Below, piece by piece: positions 50,776-61,673 of a stretch of DNA of 64,000 bases (position 1 is its first letter; the number at the start of each line of letters is the position of its first letter). The DNA comes from Candidatus Poribacteria bacterium (GTDB taxonomy: Bacteria > Poribacteria > WGA-4E > WGA-3G). A program made the position numbers and the translations under genes. The stretch covers positions 4,864,001 to 4,928,000 of the forward strand of contig OZ243938.1 of the NCBI GenBank assembly GCA_965214095.1, read 5' to 3'. The notes beneath the pieces were generated by a model. The model searched no databases. It saw nothing but the letters and a program-made list of their open reading frames with translations, and was not told where the DNA came from.

Positions 50776-51840
50776 TCATAATTGCTTTCTGTCGATTAAT
50801 TTATCTCCTAATGCCTCTGTGACTTCAGTTACAGTAATTTCCTGCATGCATAAGTATTGCGCATCTCGTCGATGGCAGGTCCGTTTGTAGCACGGTCGAC
50901 ACTCCACAGGTTTTTCTATGATTGTGTGTCCTTTACTATATGGCTGGTGTCGTACTGGAGACGTAGGCCCGAAAAGTGATACCGTCGGTGTACCGACTGC
51001 CGCAGCAATATGCATAGGACCGCTATCACATGTGAGACAAACATCACACATTTCTAATAACGCACCAAGCTGAAATATATCTGTTTTACCTACAAGATTT
51101 ATCGTTGAATCTGCAAACGTCAACTTCTCCACTATTGACGTTTCGTTTAACGATCCAACCAAGACGATTTTGATATTTGGAATTCTCTTATATGTTTGAT
51201 TTATGACTTCATCAAAATCTTTCACACGCCACTCTTTTGTCCGCCATGTTGTACCTAAATTTATCGCCAAAAGTTTATCATTATCTGTCACACCTTCATT
51301 ATTCAAAATATTCAAAATTGATTGTCGGTCTTCATCAGTATGCCAGAATTCTAAATGTGTTGTGAATTCACAGCCTGTCTTGTCAAAGACATTAGAATAG
51401 TCGTGATTCTTACTCGGAAGTCTATTAACAACATTCAGGTATTTCTCTACCTCATGTAAATCTGTCCTATTCTTGCAAACTGTGGTCAGAAATATGTCGC
51501 GTCCTTTGAACGAGGCACCAATACGAATCGGCACTCGTGCAAAAAAAGGATAAAGTGCATTTCTAAACGATGTATGATGCATCACGACAGCCAAATCAAA
51601 CTTGTATTCACGTATTATCCGAACCATTCTAAAAAATGATTGATACCGATTTTCTGTCTTGGAATCTACAATACAACTATCAACATACGGATTTGTCCTC
51701 ATTAGGTCTGCGACAAGTGGTCGTAACAGTAGAGTCAGACTGGAATCAGGAAATTCTTGTTTCAGCACACGCAAAGATGGCGTGAGAAGGACCATATCAC
51801 CGATCCAAGCTCCCGTATGACAAACAAGTATTCTTTCCAT
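50776..51840 (-). CDS. waaF: GT9 lipopolysaccharide heptosyltransferase II-like
   Basis: WIGDMVL, NLVGKT, DSGPMHIAAAVGTPTVSLFGPT, C.PC...C motifs. Confidence 0.8.
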   Translation of the reverse strand: MERILVCHTGAWIGDMVLLTPSLRVLKQEFPDSSLTLLLRPLVADLMRTNPYVDSCIVDSKTENRYQSFFRMVRIIREYKFDLAVVMHHTSFRNALYPFFARVPIRIGASFKGRDIFLTTVCKNRTDLHEVEKYLNVVNRLPSKNHDYSNVFDKTGCEFTTHLEFWHTDEDRQSILNILNNEGVTDNDKLLAINLGTTWRTKEWRVKDFDEVINQTYKRIPNIKIVLVGSLNETSIVEKLTFADSTINLVGKTDIFQLGALLEMCDVCLTCDSGPMHIAAAVGTPTVSLFGPTSPVRHQPYSKGHTIIEKPVECRPCYKRTCHRRDAQYLCMQEITVTEVTEALGDKLIDRKQL

Positions 51841-52715
51841 TAGAAATAGAACGGATTAGACCAAGCTTTCTTACCTGTTTCGTCCGTCACTTCTATTCGG
51901 ACATATTTCGTACTTTCCGATACTGGATATGTAGCCTCTGTAAGGAGTGCTCCATTTGTTGGTATGAAACGCCTACCTCGACTACGTTCTGCTTTAAAAA
52001 CAATAGATTTTGCTTCGGTACACTTTACATGTAACTTACTATCTTGTAACGTTATGTCATAAATTTCAGGTCCGAGAGTAGAATAAAATGAACCTGCTCT
52101 AAGTGCCTCCATGATACTGTCAAGAGTCAAATCTTCTGCTTTTACCATTATCCAACCGTGGAAACAGTCGTGTTCTGTGCCGTGTGAATCATCTGAAGCA
52201 ATCCCAAGAACAGGACCCCCTTTATCTAATAGGTCATCCCATGACTGTTCTGAAAAACCTTTCCCAATCCCCATACAAGTATCATTGTAGACTTCTACAG
52301 CAAAATACCCGCGCAACGGGAGGTAATCTGTAATAGTATGTCCACACCAATATGGATGACAGAGCACTGCCTCTCCACCCTGTTCTTTGATATCATCAAT
52401 TACAGCATTTGGATGCATTTTGGCACAGTTTACTGCTTCATGTATGTTGATCGCTACAATGTGGTATGTCGGACCTCCGTAAGGATTTGATGGATGGACT
52501 TCACTACCTGAGATCGCCAAAAAATCAGATGAGGTGTGGGCATCGACATCATTTACTTTGCGGTGGTCAGTTAAAACAAGAAAATCGTAGCCAGCATCCT
52601 GATATGCTGCGAAACGATCTGAAATTGAAAGTCGACCATCCGATTCTGTACTATGACTGTGGGTATTACCCCGGTACCATTGTCCTGGTTCTTGAAAAGG
52701 ATTTCGATAGATCAT
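51840..52715 (-). CDS. PHP-domain (CehA/McbA-like) metallohydrolase
   Basis: GNTHSHS..SDG, LTDH, CHPYW, EVYN, SDDSH, AWSNP motifs. Confidence 0.85.
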   Translation of the reverse strand: MIYRNPFQEPGQWYRGNTHSHSTESDGRLSISDRFAAYQDAGYDFLVLTDHRKVNDVDAHTSSDFLAISGSEVHPSNPYGGPTYHIVAINIHEAVNCAKMHPNAVIDDIKEQGGEAVLCHPYWCGHTITDYLPLRGYFAVEVYNDTCMGIGKGFSEQSWDDLLDKGGPVLGIASDDSHGTEHDCFHGWIMVKAEDLTLDSIMEALRAGSFYSTLGPEIYDITLQDSKLHVKCTEAKSIVFKAERSRGRRFIPTNGALLTEATYPVSESTKYVRIEVTDETGKKAWSNPFYF

Positions 52716-52912
52716 TGTAACCTCCTTAATACTACATTAAATCGTTTGAAAAAATAATTCCCATTAACTTTCACATATCTTTGTAATGTAGTTCACGACA
52801 ACATTACAATGTCAATTTTACCATATTCAAATGTCGTGTGTCAACAAGATTGGAATAGAAAACTACGTGAGAATAATACTTGACAGAATCTTAAATATGA
52901 AGTATCTTTATC

Positions 52913-53049
52913 TATAGTGAAATTTGAAATTAACTATACACTTTGCATTTAGAAAAACGCGTTTGTAGTCGCGCAATTCATTGCGCCTCGGACATTATAT
53001 GAATAAGCAATTGGGACAATATGTTTCATTAATTGTCCGTTTAACCATA
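52913..53049. repeat. TATAGTG...ACCATA shell with GTAGTCGCGCAATTCATTGCGC REP core
   Basis: Shell of the 4987/18741 type combined with the core of 13080-13194. Confidence 0.65.
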
Positions 53050-53134
53050 AACTAAAAACTTGAGAATATAGAGAAAAATCTCACTGAAACAATATTCATA
53101 ATTAAATGTTTTTGAGATACAGAAAGGGTCTGTA

Positions 53135-54694
53135 ATGACAGGTGGAACACTATTTGTTGAATGTTTGAAAGCACAAGGAATTGAGGTGATTTTCGGTCTA
53201 CCGGGAAACCATCTTGATACCGTATACGAGGCATTATACAACAACAAGGATAGTATTCAGCACTATGTAACACGGCATGAAGGTGGAACTGCCTTTATAG
53301 CGGATGGATACGCACGCGTAACAGGTGATGTCGGTGTCTGCATGACGGTACCAGGTCCAGGTTCAAACAATGCTTCCATAGGGATATGTGAAGCTTATAC
53401 TGCATGTTCACCAGTACTGTGGATTACAGGACAAAATCCATCCTACCTGTCACAAAAAGATCCTCGTAAATGTTTTCACGGTTTAGACCAAGCAGCTGCC
53501 TTCGCACCGATGACAAAACATATTGAAATCGTTCACCGTGTAGAACAAATTCCGAATGCAGTCAATCGCGCATTTAGAGAGTTACGTTCAGGAAGACCAG
53601 GCCCAGTGCTAATCGAACTCGCAACAGACGCACTACAAGCAGATGTTGATTTACCGATTCCGCCAAGTAATAACGGCATTCAGACAATGGCAAGTCAGGA
53701 CGATATTGACGCAGCAGTTGCACTCATAAAAACAGCAGCACATCCTTTGATAATATCTGGTGGAGGGATAAATCACACACGCGCAACCACAGAACTACTT
53801 GATTTCGCCAAACTACTTGATGCACCCATAGCAATGACAGGTATGGGTAAAGGATCTATCCCTGAAGATTCTCCGTATTCAATCGGTCTTTTCCGTGACG
53901 GTATTGCACAAGCAGCAATGAAAGCATCAGATCTCATCATTGCAATTGGCACTCGATTCACCTATCGTGACACAGGAAATTGGTCGCTACAAATACCACA
54001 ACCCTTGATACACATTGAAGCAGACGTTGATGAGATACACAAAGAATATCCCGCATCCGTTGGAATAGGGGCAAATCCAAAATTAGTGCTACAACAACTG
54101 AATACAAGACTTCAAGATGAAAACATTGACTGCGGATGGGGTGATGGACTAAAACAGCTTCACAGCCAATTCACATCCATTGAACCACCACGTATCCTCA
54201 AAGAATTGCGTGATGTTATGCCACGCGATGCCATACTATCTGTTGATGTGAATATTACCGGGTATGGTGCATTATCACATTTTCCAACATATTCTGCTGG
54301 AAGTTATATCTTTTCAGGAATATCGGTTGCAATGGGTATTGGACTAACCGCTGCAATCGGTGCACAAGTCGCATATCCAGAACGGAAAGTCGTTGCACTC
54401 TGCGGAGATGGTGGGTTCTTGATGACAAGTCCCGATCTTGCCACTGCCGTGATGTATGACCTACCTGTAGTTACACTTGTGATGAATGACAATCAATACA
54501 CTTCCATTGAACGCGGGCAGTTACGTAGGTTTGGTAAACGTATCGGTGTTGAATTGGTCAATCCTGATTTTGTTCAGTTTGCAGAGTCATTTGGAGCATT
54601 AGGTTTACGTGTAGAAGATCCTGAGGATTTTAGACCAACATTGGAAAAGGCACTTTCGCTTGATAAACCTGTTCTTGTTGAAGTAATAAAGTAA
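53135..54694 (+). CDS. Thiamine-pyrophosphate-dependent enzyme (acetolactate synthase-like family)
   Basis: FGLPG, TRHE, PGPG, SGRPGPV, GDGGF...ND motifs. Confidence 0.9.
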   Translation: MTGGTLFVECLKAQGIEVIFGLPGNHLDTVYEALYNNKDSIQHYVTRHEGGTAFIADGYARVTGDVGVCMTVPGPGSNNASIGICEAYTACSPVLWITGQNPSYLSQKDPRKCFHGLDQAAAFAPMTKHIEIVHRVEQIPNAVNRAFRELRSGRPGPVLIELATDALQADVDLPIPPSNNGIQTMASQDDIDAAVALIKTAAHPLIISGGGINHTRATTELLDFAKLLDAPIAMTGMGKGSIPEDSPYSIGLFRDGIAQAAMKASDLIIAIGTRFTYRDTGNWSLQIPQPLIHIEADVDEIHKEYPASVGIGANPKLVLQQLNTRLQDENIDCGWGDGLKQLHSQFTSIEPPRILKELRDVMPRDAILSVDVNITGYGALSHFPTYSAGSYIFSGISVAMGIGLTAAIGAQVAYPERKVVALCGDGGFLMTSPDLATAVMYDLPVVTLVMNDNQYTSIERGQLRRFGKRIGVELVNPDFVQFAESFGALGLRVEDPEDFRPTLEKALSLDKPVLVEVIK

Positions 54695-54763
54695 ACAAAC
54701 ATATACGACATATCAGTTTTTTAGAACATACTTATGTTCATCATATTTGAAATATTATTTTTA

Positions 54764-54866
54764 TATAGTGAATTATAAATATAAGTTGACACTTTCGCCC
54801 CACGGTAGGCGAGGTTTCCTAACCTCGCCGATGCAGAGTGTTCAAGTAATTTCAAAATCTACTATA
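54764..54866. repeat. Copy of the 103-bp 4987-5089 element
   Basis: Near-identical sequence. Confidence 0.85.
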
Positions 54867-54886
54867 ATGTAAGATTGGAGTTTTCT

Positions 54887-56089
54887 ATGAAAAGAAGAAT
54901 AGGCGTTCTAACTGGTGGGGGAGATACAAGTGCGCTCAATGCCACCCTAAAAGGAATCGCACTGAAATCCGAAGAACTCGGTTTTGAACTTATCGGCTTT
55001 ATGGAGGGGTGGAGAGGAGTTCTTCAAGGTGGACGCTACCTAACCCTAACACCTGACATGATTGATGAGAACCATGGCGGCACAATACTAAAGAGTTCAC
55101 GCACAAACCTTATCGCCATGGACAAGTTAGACGAAGCAATTGAAAACCTAAAAAAATTGAATATCAGTGGTCTTATCCCAATCGGTGGTGATGATACACT
55201 TACAGTCGGTTCAGCACTTTCAGAACAATTTACAACCGTATTTGTTACAAAAACGATTGACAATGATGTGGGTATAAATCCACCTGAAGGGGATGCCGTT
55301 GATTATTCAAAAATGGTCAACTATTTCTGTCCCGGTTTCCCAACCGCGGCAAATAGAGTGATTAATGCTGTCAGAGATTTACGAACAACGACATATTCTC
55401 ACGACCGCATAATTGTTGTAGAAGCAATGGGAAGAGATGCAGGATGGCTCACTCTCTCCGCTGCCTACGGTTTGGCAGACCTTATCGTTGTACCAGAAGT
55501 GCCATATCAACCCGATAAGTTGGCAGAAGCAATACGAGAAATACATGCACTACAAGGTAATGTTATTGTCGTTGTTTCAGAGGGTATACGAAATGATGAT
55601 GGTGAATTAATGATTACATCTAAAGCGGAACTTGATGCCTTCGGACACACAAAGCCTGGAGGATGTTCTGAAATTATCGTGGAAGCAATGAAGAAACGTC
55701 TTACTGATATACCAAGTTCTGCCTTACGCGCATTGATACTTGGATACATGCAAAGATGTGGAAGTCCTACAGAATTGGATAGAGATACAGCAATTAAAGC
55801 TGGGTCGCTTGCTGTCCGATCACTCGCTGATGAAATGGATAATGGTGTTGCTACAATAACACGGACAGATGCAGGGATAGAACCCGTAATGCTGCCAATT
55901 GAAAGAGTGTTGAAACGAGACGAAACTGGACACGTCATCCGACGCAGTCTCGACCCACGATTCTATGATGCTGATCGATATCATCTATCACCAGAAGGGG
56001 CTGGGTATTTCCGTCCGCTCTTTGGTGACCTACCACGAAGAAGACGATCCTTGGAAGAACGCAACATTGATATCGGTGTATTGGATTAA
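54887..56089 (+). CDS. pfkA: 6-phosphofructokinase, probably PPi-dependent
   Basis: LTGGGD, GGDDT, KTIDND, EAMGRDAGW, GY.QR motifs. GGDD together with K is the PPi-type signature. Confidence 0.88.
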   Translation: MKRRIGVLTGGGDTSALNATLKGIALKSEELGFELIGFMEGWRGVLQGGRYLTLTPDMIDENHGGTILKSSRTNLIAMDKLDEAIENLKKLNISGLIPIGGDDTLTVGSALSEQFTTVFVTKTIDNDVGINPPEGDAVDYSKMVNYFCPGFPTAANRVINAVRDLRTTTYSHDRIIVVEAMGRDAGWLTLSAAYGLADLIVVPEVPYQPDKLAEAIREIHALQGNVIVVVSEGIRNDDGELMITSKAELDAFGHTKPGGCSEIIVEAMKKRLTDIPSSALRALILGYMQRCGSPTELDRDTAIKAGSLAVRSLADEMDNGVATITRTDAGIEPVMLPIERVLKRDETGHVIRRSLDPRFYDADRYHLSPEGAGYFRPLFGDLPRRRRSLEERNIDIGVLD

Positions 56090-56144
56090 GAAAATAACCA
56101 AAAATGATTCATGATAGGCAACTGAATCAATACATATCCAATTC

Positions 56145-56233
56145 TACCAAATTAACCTAAATCGTAGGGGCAGGGTTCCCCTGCCCGCCCGTATTCTCAG
56201 TATCAAAACAATACAGATCTCGTTAATTTGGTA
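56145..56233. repeat. TACCAAATTAAC...GTTAATTTGGTA shell with GTAGGGGCAGGGTTCCCCTGCCC REP core
   Basis: Perfect 12-bp terminal inverted repeat. Lies between convergent genes. Confidence 0.75.
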
Positions 56234-56239
56234 TTACAC

Positions 56240-57301
56240 CTACAAAGGCAGTGAAATCGGAACACCAGATTGGGATGAACGATAGGTAGCCTCTGCCAAC
56301 TCTATACCATCTCTCCCAATCTGTCCATGCGTTGTCGGTTCTGCTTCACCCGCAATACACTGCAACCAATGATCAATACTCGCACCTTTCGCGGCTATAC
56401 CCCAATAACGTTGATTGCGTTGTGCTTCCGGTATATTTCGATATGTATCATCATCTGGAATGGGTGCTGTGAATTCCTCTGCTGAATCCATATCGTGAGT
56501 TTTCCAACGCACACCATTTCGTATAATTGATGCTGATCCATTACTTGTAACCAAACCATTACCACTATGTCCAACTTGTGCAGCCCAACTCTTCATCATC
56601 ATACCAACACCACCATTCTTGAAGTGCACTGTCAAAACAGCATTGTTTTCCACTGCTTTATCTTCAGATGGATATGTACCACCAAGTGGGACATGTGATG
56701 TGTAACCGTAGACAGATGTAGCAGGTCCATGCAACCACAACCACAAGTCTAAATGATGGATCGCTTGCTCAACAAGCATCCCACCTGACTCTTCCTTCAC
56801 AAAAAGCCACGGATGTTTTTCAGGTGAAAAGTATCCTACTTGATTAGAGTATGCCATCTGTAGAGTGCCAAGAGTTCCATCCTCAAGCAGCGATTTCAAT
56901 TTCATAAATCCCGGATCAAACCGCATCATATAGGCAACCATCAGCAGAACACCAGCATCTTTGGCAGCAGCGACCATTGCGTCACCCTCAGCAACATTAC
57001 AACACATCGGTTTTTCCATCAGGATATGCTTGCCTGCATCAGCGGCAGCACGTGTAATTTCAAGATGTGGACGCGGGTGAACGCATACATCAACTGCATC
57101 GATGTCTTTTCTATCCAAAAGCGCGCGATAATCTGTGTAAGCATCTGCTTCAAAACGATCTGCTTGTTCTTTAGCACCCGCCTCATTAATGTCAGCAATA
57201 GCAACAATATCTGCACGTCGTGTCGGTTCATGGTAATAAGGTGAGTGAAGGTTACGAAAGATACCACCACACCCGATTATTCCAACTCTCATTTTGTCCA
57301 T
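56240..57301 (-). CDS. Gfo/Idh/MocA family oxidoreductase
   Basis: IGCGG, GKHILMEKPM, SGGMLVEQAIH..D motifs. Confidence 0.9.
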   Translation of the reverse strand: MDKMRVGIIGCGGIFRNLHSPYYHEPTRRADIVAIADINEAGAKEQADRFEADAYTDYRALLDRKDIDAVDVCVHPRPHLEITRAAADAGKHILMEKPMCCNVAEGDAMVAAAKDAGVLLMVAYMMRFDPGFMKLKSLLEDGTLGTLQMAYSNQVGYFSPEKHPWLFVKEESGGMLVEQAIHHLDLWLWLHGPATSVYGYTSHVPLGGTYPSEDKAVENNAVLTVHFKNGGVGMMMKSWAAQVGHSGNGLVTSNGSASIIRNGVRWKTHDMDSAEEFTAPIPDDDTYRNIPEAQRNQRYWGIAAKGASIDHWLQCIAGEAEPTTHGQIGRDGIELAEATYRSSQSGVPISLPL

Positions 57302-57302
57302 C

Positions 57303-58037
57303 TTATGTTCCTTTCTGCATACTGTTTCTTAGAATAGGAGGTGTTCCCTCATCCTGTAAAAGCGAAAGTGTTTCAGCAATTATCGCATGTTGTAATTCTG
57401 AATTGTTCGGTTCTCCCAACGGATGTCCAAAACTATACGGAACAAGCAATGCACGCGGGGGTTTCACCTTCTTCGTGATGTCTTCCAAGAGTGTAATAGA
57501 TACAGTAGATATTCCCACTTCTTCAACAACACGTTGAATCAATCCTACAGACTGATTGCATAGCGGTCACACCGGAGTTAAGAATGCAACATCAACACCA
57601 TCAGCTTTAAGCATCCTTGCTACCTCTGGAGCAGTGTCCGCAATGAGATGCTTCGGTCTTGAAATTGATCCCATAAAACTGAAGTGTCTATGATTAAGAG
57701 AACCGATTTTTCCTTCATTCTCCAGTTCTTTAAAACGATCAATAGGAAAAACAAGATTGGCATCTGTTTTTGTATCAGACTTATCGTAGGCAACGCTTTT
57801 ATGTCCGACCTTTAGTTCATTAGACTGAATTGAATTGGGAATCTCGCGGTAGGAACAATCACCGTTTACATAAGGTTCCTGTCCATTGATATAAAATCCC
57901 GCAGTCGTAATGAGAACAACATTACATTCATTCAAAGGTTTCTTAAGCGGTGTGTTTGGAGTCGTGCCATACCGTTTGCCACGATAAAACCGCATAAAGA
58001 AACGGAATAATGGTTCAAGTTCACTTATTGATGCCAT
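57303..58037 (-). CDS. GrdB/PrdB-like (glycine/sarcosine/betaine/proline reductase selenoprotein B family) selenoprotein, Sec157, 244 aa
   Basis: The 156-aa and 79-aa ORFs join in frame through the TGA at 57567-57569: DGVDVAFLTPV-U-PLCNQSVGLIQRVVEEVGISTV. Also TTAG, D.N.VFPIDR, PPRAL...GHPLG motifs. Confidence 0.9.
57537..57557 (-). promoter_or_regulatory. Putative bacterial SECIS element
   Basis: AATCAGTC-TGTAG-GATTGATT 8-bp stem. The loop starts 17 nt after the TGA and has G at loop position 2. Confidence 0.7.
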
Positions 58038-58048
58038 ATTTATCCTAA

Positions 58049-59083
58049 TTATCCATTAGCATAGATGAGTCGTTTCCTGTTTTGACACGGAAGTTCTATC
58101 GTCTGTCCAGTGATACCACTCTCAATAGACGCAAATCCGATCTCATTCACTGCAGTATAATCATCGCGTGAACAATCAGGTGGTTGTCCACCATCAAGAT
58201 AGTCTGTTATCTGTTTATACGCAACCTTGAATGGACTTGCATTCTCAGGTAAATCAAGTGTGTCATTATCTACGATCTTACCACCTTTCTGAACCGTTGC
58301 ACCACTATAGAAACCAGTTTGCACTGAACCTTCACTTCCTAGTACATCCACTGAAAAACCACCTTTAACACCATGTTTTCCAACATGATAACCGATAGCA
58401 CCGTTTTCAAATTTGATAGTTGCACCGACAATTGCAGGCTCTGGTTCATAAGGTTCTGGCACATCACCACCACCTTCAACATAGCCTGTGACTGACACGG
58501 GGTCATATCCAGCAAACTGACAAATCATATCTGTGGTATGGATTGAGAAGGATAGCACACCACCACCACAATACCCGATGACACTCTGCACTTCACCAAC
58601 CAACCCGTCCTTAACCAACGATTGTAGTCGGATGAGATGCGGTCCCCAATGTCTTGTATAGTCAACTACAATGGGAATACCTTTCGCATCAGCACCTGCG
58701 GTCATAGTGTCTACCTCTTCAAGCGAACATCCTGCAGGTTTTTCAAGAAAAATGGCTTTGATGTCTGCCCTCAATACGTTCTGCATTACCTCAAAATGGT
58801 GCGGACCCCGCACACAGACAGCAACAATATCTAACTTCTCACTTTCCAACAATTGCACATCTGTTTCATAATAATTGATTGAATTGTCTGGAAATCCTGG
58901 CCCCCAAGTCCTCTTGAAGTCTGCTTGACGGTCAGTAGACATATCTGCAACTGCGACTAACTCTGTAGTTTCACACAGACGGATGCCACCTGCATGACAA
59001 TACGGATATTCATCACTCGGTGTTGAATAACGGGCTGCAATACTACCTAATCCGATAATTCCGACACGATACATTGAGTTCAC
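58049..59083 (-). CDS. Gfo/Idh/MocA family oxidoreductase
   Basis: IGLGSIA, IFLEKPA, IH..D motifs. Confidence 0.85.
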   Translation of the reverse strand: MNSMYRVGIIGLGSIAARYSTPSDEYPYCHAGGIRLCETTELVAVADMSTDRQADFKRTWGPGFPDNSINYYETDVQLLESEKLDIVAVCVRGPHHFEVMQNVLRADIKAIFLEKPAGCSLEEVDTMTAGADAKGIPIVVDYTRHWGPHLIRLQSLVKDGLVGEVQSVIGYCGGGVLSFSIHTTDMICQFAGYDPVSVTGYVEGGGDVPEPYEPEPAIVGATIKFENGAIGYHVGKHGVKGGFSVDVLGSEGSVQTGFYSGATVQKGGKIVDNDTLDLPENASPFKVAYKQITDYLDGGQPPDCSRDDYTAVNEIGFASIESGITGQTIELPCQNRKRLIYANG

Positions 59084-59144
59084 TCCTTATTTTGGGATAT
59101 TAAGAGATTAGCACATATTGAAGTTAATAGGCAAGTGTTATTCC

Positions 59145-59387
59145 CTAGGTTATTTAGTTTTCGGTTTTTCTTCTATTTTCTTCACAAATGCTAAATTTCC
59201 CAAGCCGGTAGGTGCGGTTTCCTAACCAATGCAGAATACCACACGCGTATTCTAGCGTGTACCAGACACCTTTCATAATAAGTCTTCTCACAGGTTCCGA
59301 TGCCGTTCGGAAACCGCACCTACCGGCTTGGGTGTTAACTTTCAGTAAATTTCTGTTTTGGAATATTCTTAAAACTAAATAACCCTG
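59145..59387. mobile_element. CAGGG-TIR MITE carrying an inverted pair of CCGGTAGGTGCGGTTTCC REPs
   Basis: CTAGGTTATTTAGTTTTCGGTTTTTC...AAAACTAAATAACCCTG ends match 35883-36068 in reverse orientation. Confidence 0.75.
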
Positions 59388-59493
59388 ATTACTTTCTTGA
59401 CAAAGAGAGTGTTTTATTGTAAAGTTATATCGTGTTTATTATTTCCTTGATGGAGATATTTATTCAGAATGAAGAAAGGTAAGAGGTGATAGT

Positions 59494-60264
59494 ATGTTAC
59501 GTGAATTACTTTCGAGTAGATTAGTTTTTGCCGGGATTTTTATCTTAGTTGTGTTTGCGGGTGCTTGCTGGTTCTATAGTTGGCATGTTCAACGCGCTAT
59601 TGATGCAGAGTTGGCAAAAGATGCACTGCTGCATTCAGGGAAAAATGATGATGAAACACGCGATGCCCAGGACACTCTTGAAACCGGTGACACACAAATG
59701 TCTGACACCACGGTTGTGCCACCGGCAGATAATGTCTCTGAAACGCTTGACACTGCGGATATGTCTTTACCTGAAGAAGCACCGGCAGAAGATGTGCCTG
59801 TCTCGCCTTTTGGTTTCGGGCCGTATCCCGAAGTACCAAAGGGGTTTTATGGGGAACCTTCATGGCTCTGGAGCGATGAATTCAAGGCGCAACTGGAAAA
59901 GACACTATCATACGGTCTTAAGTCAAGAGGTCTCACTTTTACCGATCATTTGAGAATAAGTGAGCTCCAGGATCGTGTCGCAATCAAGCTTTTTAACGAA
60001 GGTGTTGATTTTGCTGGAATGACAAGTATCGATCAGAACGGTCTGTTTTACCCCGATGAGCCTAATGTCATCTACGTGGCATGGCAAGAGGTAACAGAGA
60101 AAAATGGTGAAGTGAGGCGCTATATATCAGCTGGGCTCGGTTCGTCAATGTCAGAGTTATCTATTCCCGAACGAATGGGATACGATCCGATTCCTGATTG
60201 GATTGAGGTAAGATCATATGCAGACGGTATTGATCCCTATGAGTATCTGGGACTTAACCGTTAA
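59494..60264 (+). CDS. Hypothetical membrane-anchored protein
   Basis: GAGGTG RBS. N-terminal TM, acidic linker, VSPFGFGPYPEVP and GIDPYEYL motifs. Confidence 0.75.
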   Translation: MLRELLSSRLVFAGIFILVVFAGACWFYSWHVQRAIDAELAKDALLHSGKNDDETRDAQDTLETGDTQMSDTTVVPPADNVSETLDTADMSLPEEAPAEDVPVSPFGFGPYPEVPKGFYGEPSWLWSDEFKAQLEKTLSYGLKSRGLTFTDHLRISELQDRVAIKLFNEGVDFAGMTSIDQNGLFYPDEPNVIYVAWQEVTEKNGEVRRYISAGLGSSMSELSIPERMGYDPIPDWIEVRSYADGIDPYEYLGLNR

Positions 60265-60285
60265 ATCAATTTTTTTGACGCATAA

Positions 60286-60593
60286 CTAAAGTTTGGACAA
60301 TATTGTTAGGTTCAAGTATTTTCATCACTATGTGTATCGTTGATTTGCCGAAAAACCTGTGTAATATTCTGTGAGTTATCTTTTTCTTTCGAACTCACTG
60401 AAAATAATGTTTTTGCTATTTGCAATCGCAGAACAGCGACACACAATCCGAGTGTGAGTCGTTCAGGACGATACCAATGCATCCCGAGTTCTTTGCGGAC
60501 ATCTTCAGCTATCAAGTTTTCTGTGTGGGGGCTGCTATAAACACGAGCTTCGTTAGACAAGTAGTGTGTAAATAATTTTGGTTTCTACTATAA
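60286..60593 (-). mobile_element. Possible transposase C-terminal remnant joined to one end of the 4052-type element
   Basis: 60562-60593 is the reverse complement of TATAGTAGAAACCAAAATTATTTACACACTAC. It is followed by ENLIAEDVRKELG.. (weak DDE-like segment) and a possible end TGTCCAAACTTTAG. Confidence 0.3.
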
Positions 60594-60959
60594 ATTGACA
60601 TACATGCAGATCTTGGTCAGGACACAGTCAATCTTCCCAATTCTCGTCACATCCTTCCATCCTATCCAACAACCCCTATCCGTCCAAAAGACATCTGATC
60701 TTGAAAATCCTGGTTCAGACAAAAATGAATTCAACAAAACCCAATACTCTTTGTTCCCATTCTGTCAAATTGTTCTGCCTTTGTTGAACTCAGAAAATGA
60801 TGACTACAATTTTACACACCAATGCACCAATTTTTTGCCAATGATTATCAATATATGATATAATAAACAATAGTTCGCAAATATATGATAAATTGAACAC
60901 TTAACATAAAGTTATATCCTATTGTGTTCAAACAGACACATCTCTGTCAGGAGGGAGAT

Positions 60960-61667
60960 ATGTCGGAAACAAACCTAAAGAAACGTATTCGTGATGGACA
61001 CCATGTATATGGAGCATCTGTGTCAATGACCATAGATCGTGACAGTCTCGCTGAAAGAGTGGAAAAAGGTGGATACGATTTTGTTGCAGTTGACAGTCAA
61101 CATGCGCCATACTCTGAAGATAGACTTGTCGCATTTTGTAATATGGCAGACGATTTAGGTATTCCAGTCAACTTTCGGATCAAACATACACGCAACGCAT
61201 ATCTCATTGGAAACTACCTTGACCTCGGTCCATCCGGTATTGAAGTGCCACAAGTAGAATTAGAGGAAACTGTTGACGAAGCAGTTGCCGCCTTTTATTA
61301 TCCGCAGGAAGGATTACGCAGTTGGGGTGGTGCTGCAAGAAAAAATTCAGCAAATATGGAACGACTGCAATATGCAGACTGGTGGAATAACTACGGTATG
61401 CTGTGGATGCAGATTGAGTCTATTGAAGCGGTAACACATGCAAGAAGGCTTGCAAAAACTGGTGTAGATTGTCTCTCGTTCGGTCCAACAGATTTAACTT
61501 TCAGTATGGAAGGTCATCCGAATCATGCTTTACAAACTGTAGATGCTTGTGTACAGTACGTCGTGAAAGAATTAGAAGATAGTTCAACTACTGTCTGTTT
61601 TCGAAACGGTAATCCAAGCACACGCAACAAGTACGCTGATATGGGTGTTACCGTTTTCTTAGAATAG
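60960..61667 (+). CDS. HpcH/HpaI aldolase family protein
   Basis: AGGAGG RBS. DFVAVDSQH, LDLGP.GI.VP, YYP..G.RSWG, MQIES, FGPTDL motifs. Confidence 0.88.
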   Translation: MSETNLKKRIRDGHHVYGASVSMTIDRDSLAERVEKGGYDFVAVDSQHAPYSEDRLVAFCNMADDLGIPVNFRIKHTRNAYLIGNYLDLGPSGIEVPQVELEETVDEAVAAFYYPQEGLRSWGGAARKNSANMERLQYADWWNNYGMLWMQIESIEAVTHARRLAKTGVDCLSFGPTDLTFSMEGHPNHALQTVDACVQYVVKELEDSSTTVCFRNGNPSTRNKYADMGVTVFLE

Positions 61668-61673
61668 TCTAAT

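Noticed and set aside
60595-60858. 87-aa ORF and ATCC-rich tract
   Set aside because: No RBS or motif. The region looks like degenerate repeat sequence (AAAATCCTGGTTCAGAC) that I cannot assign with confidence.
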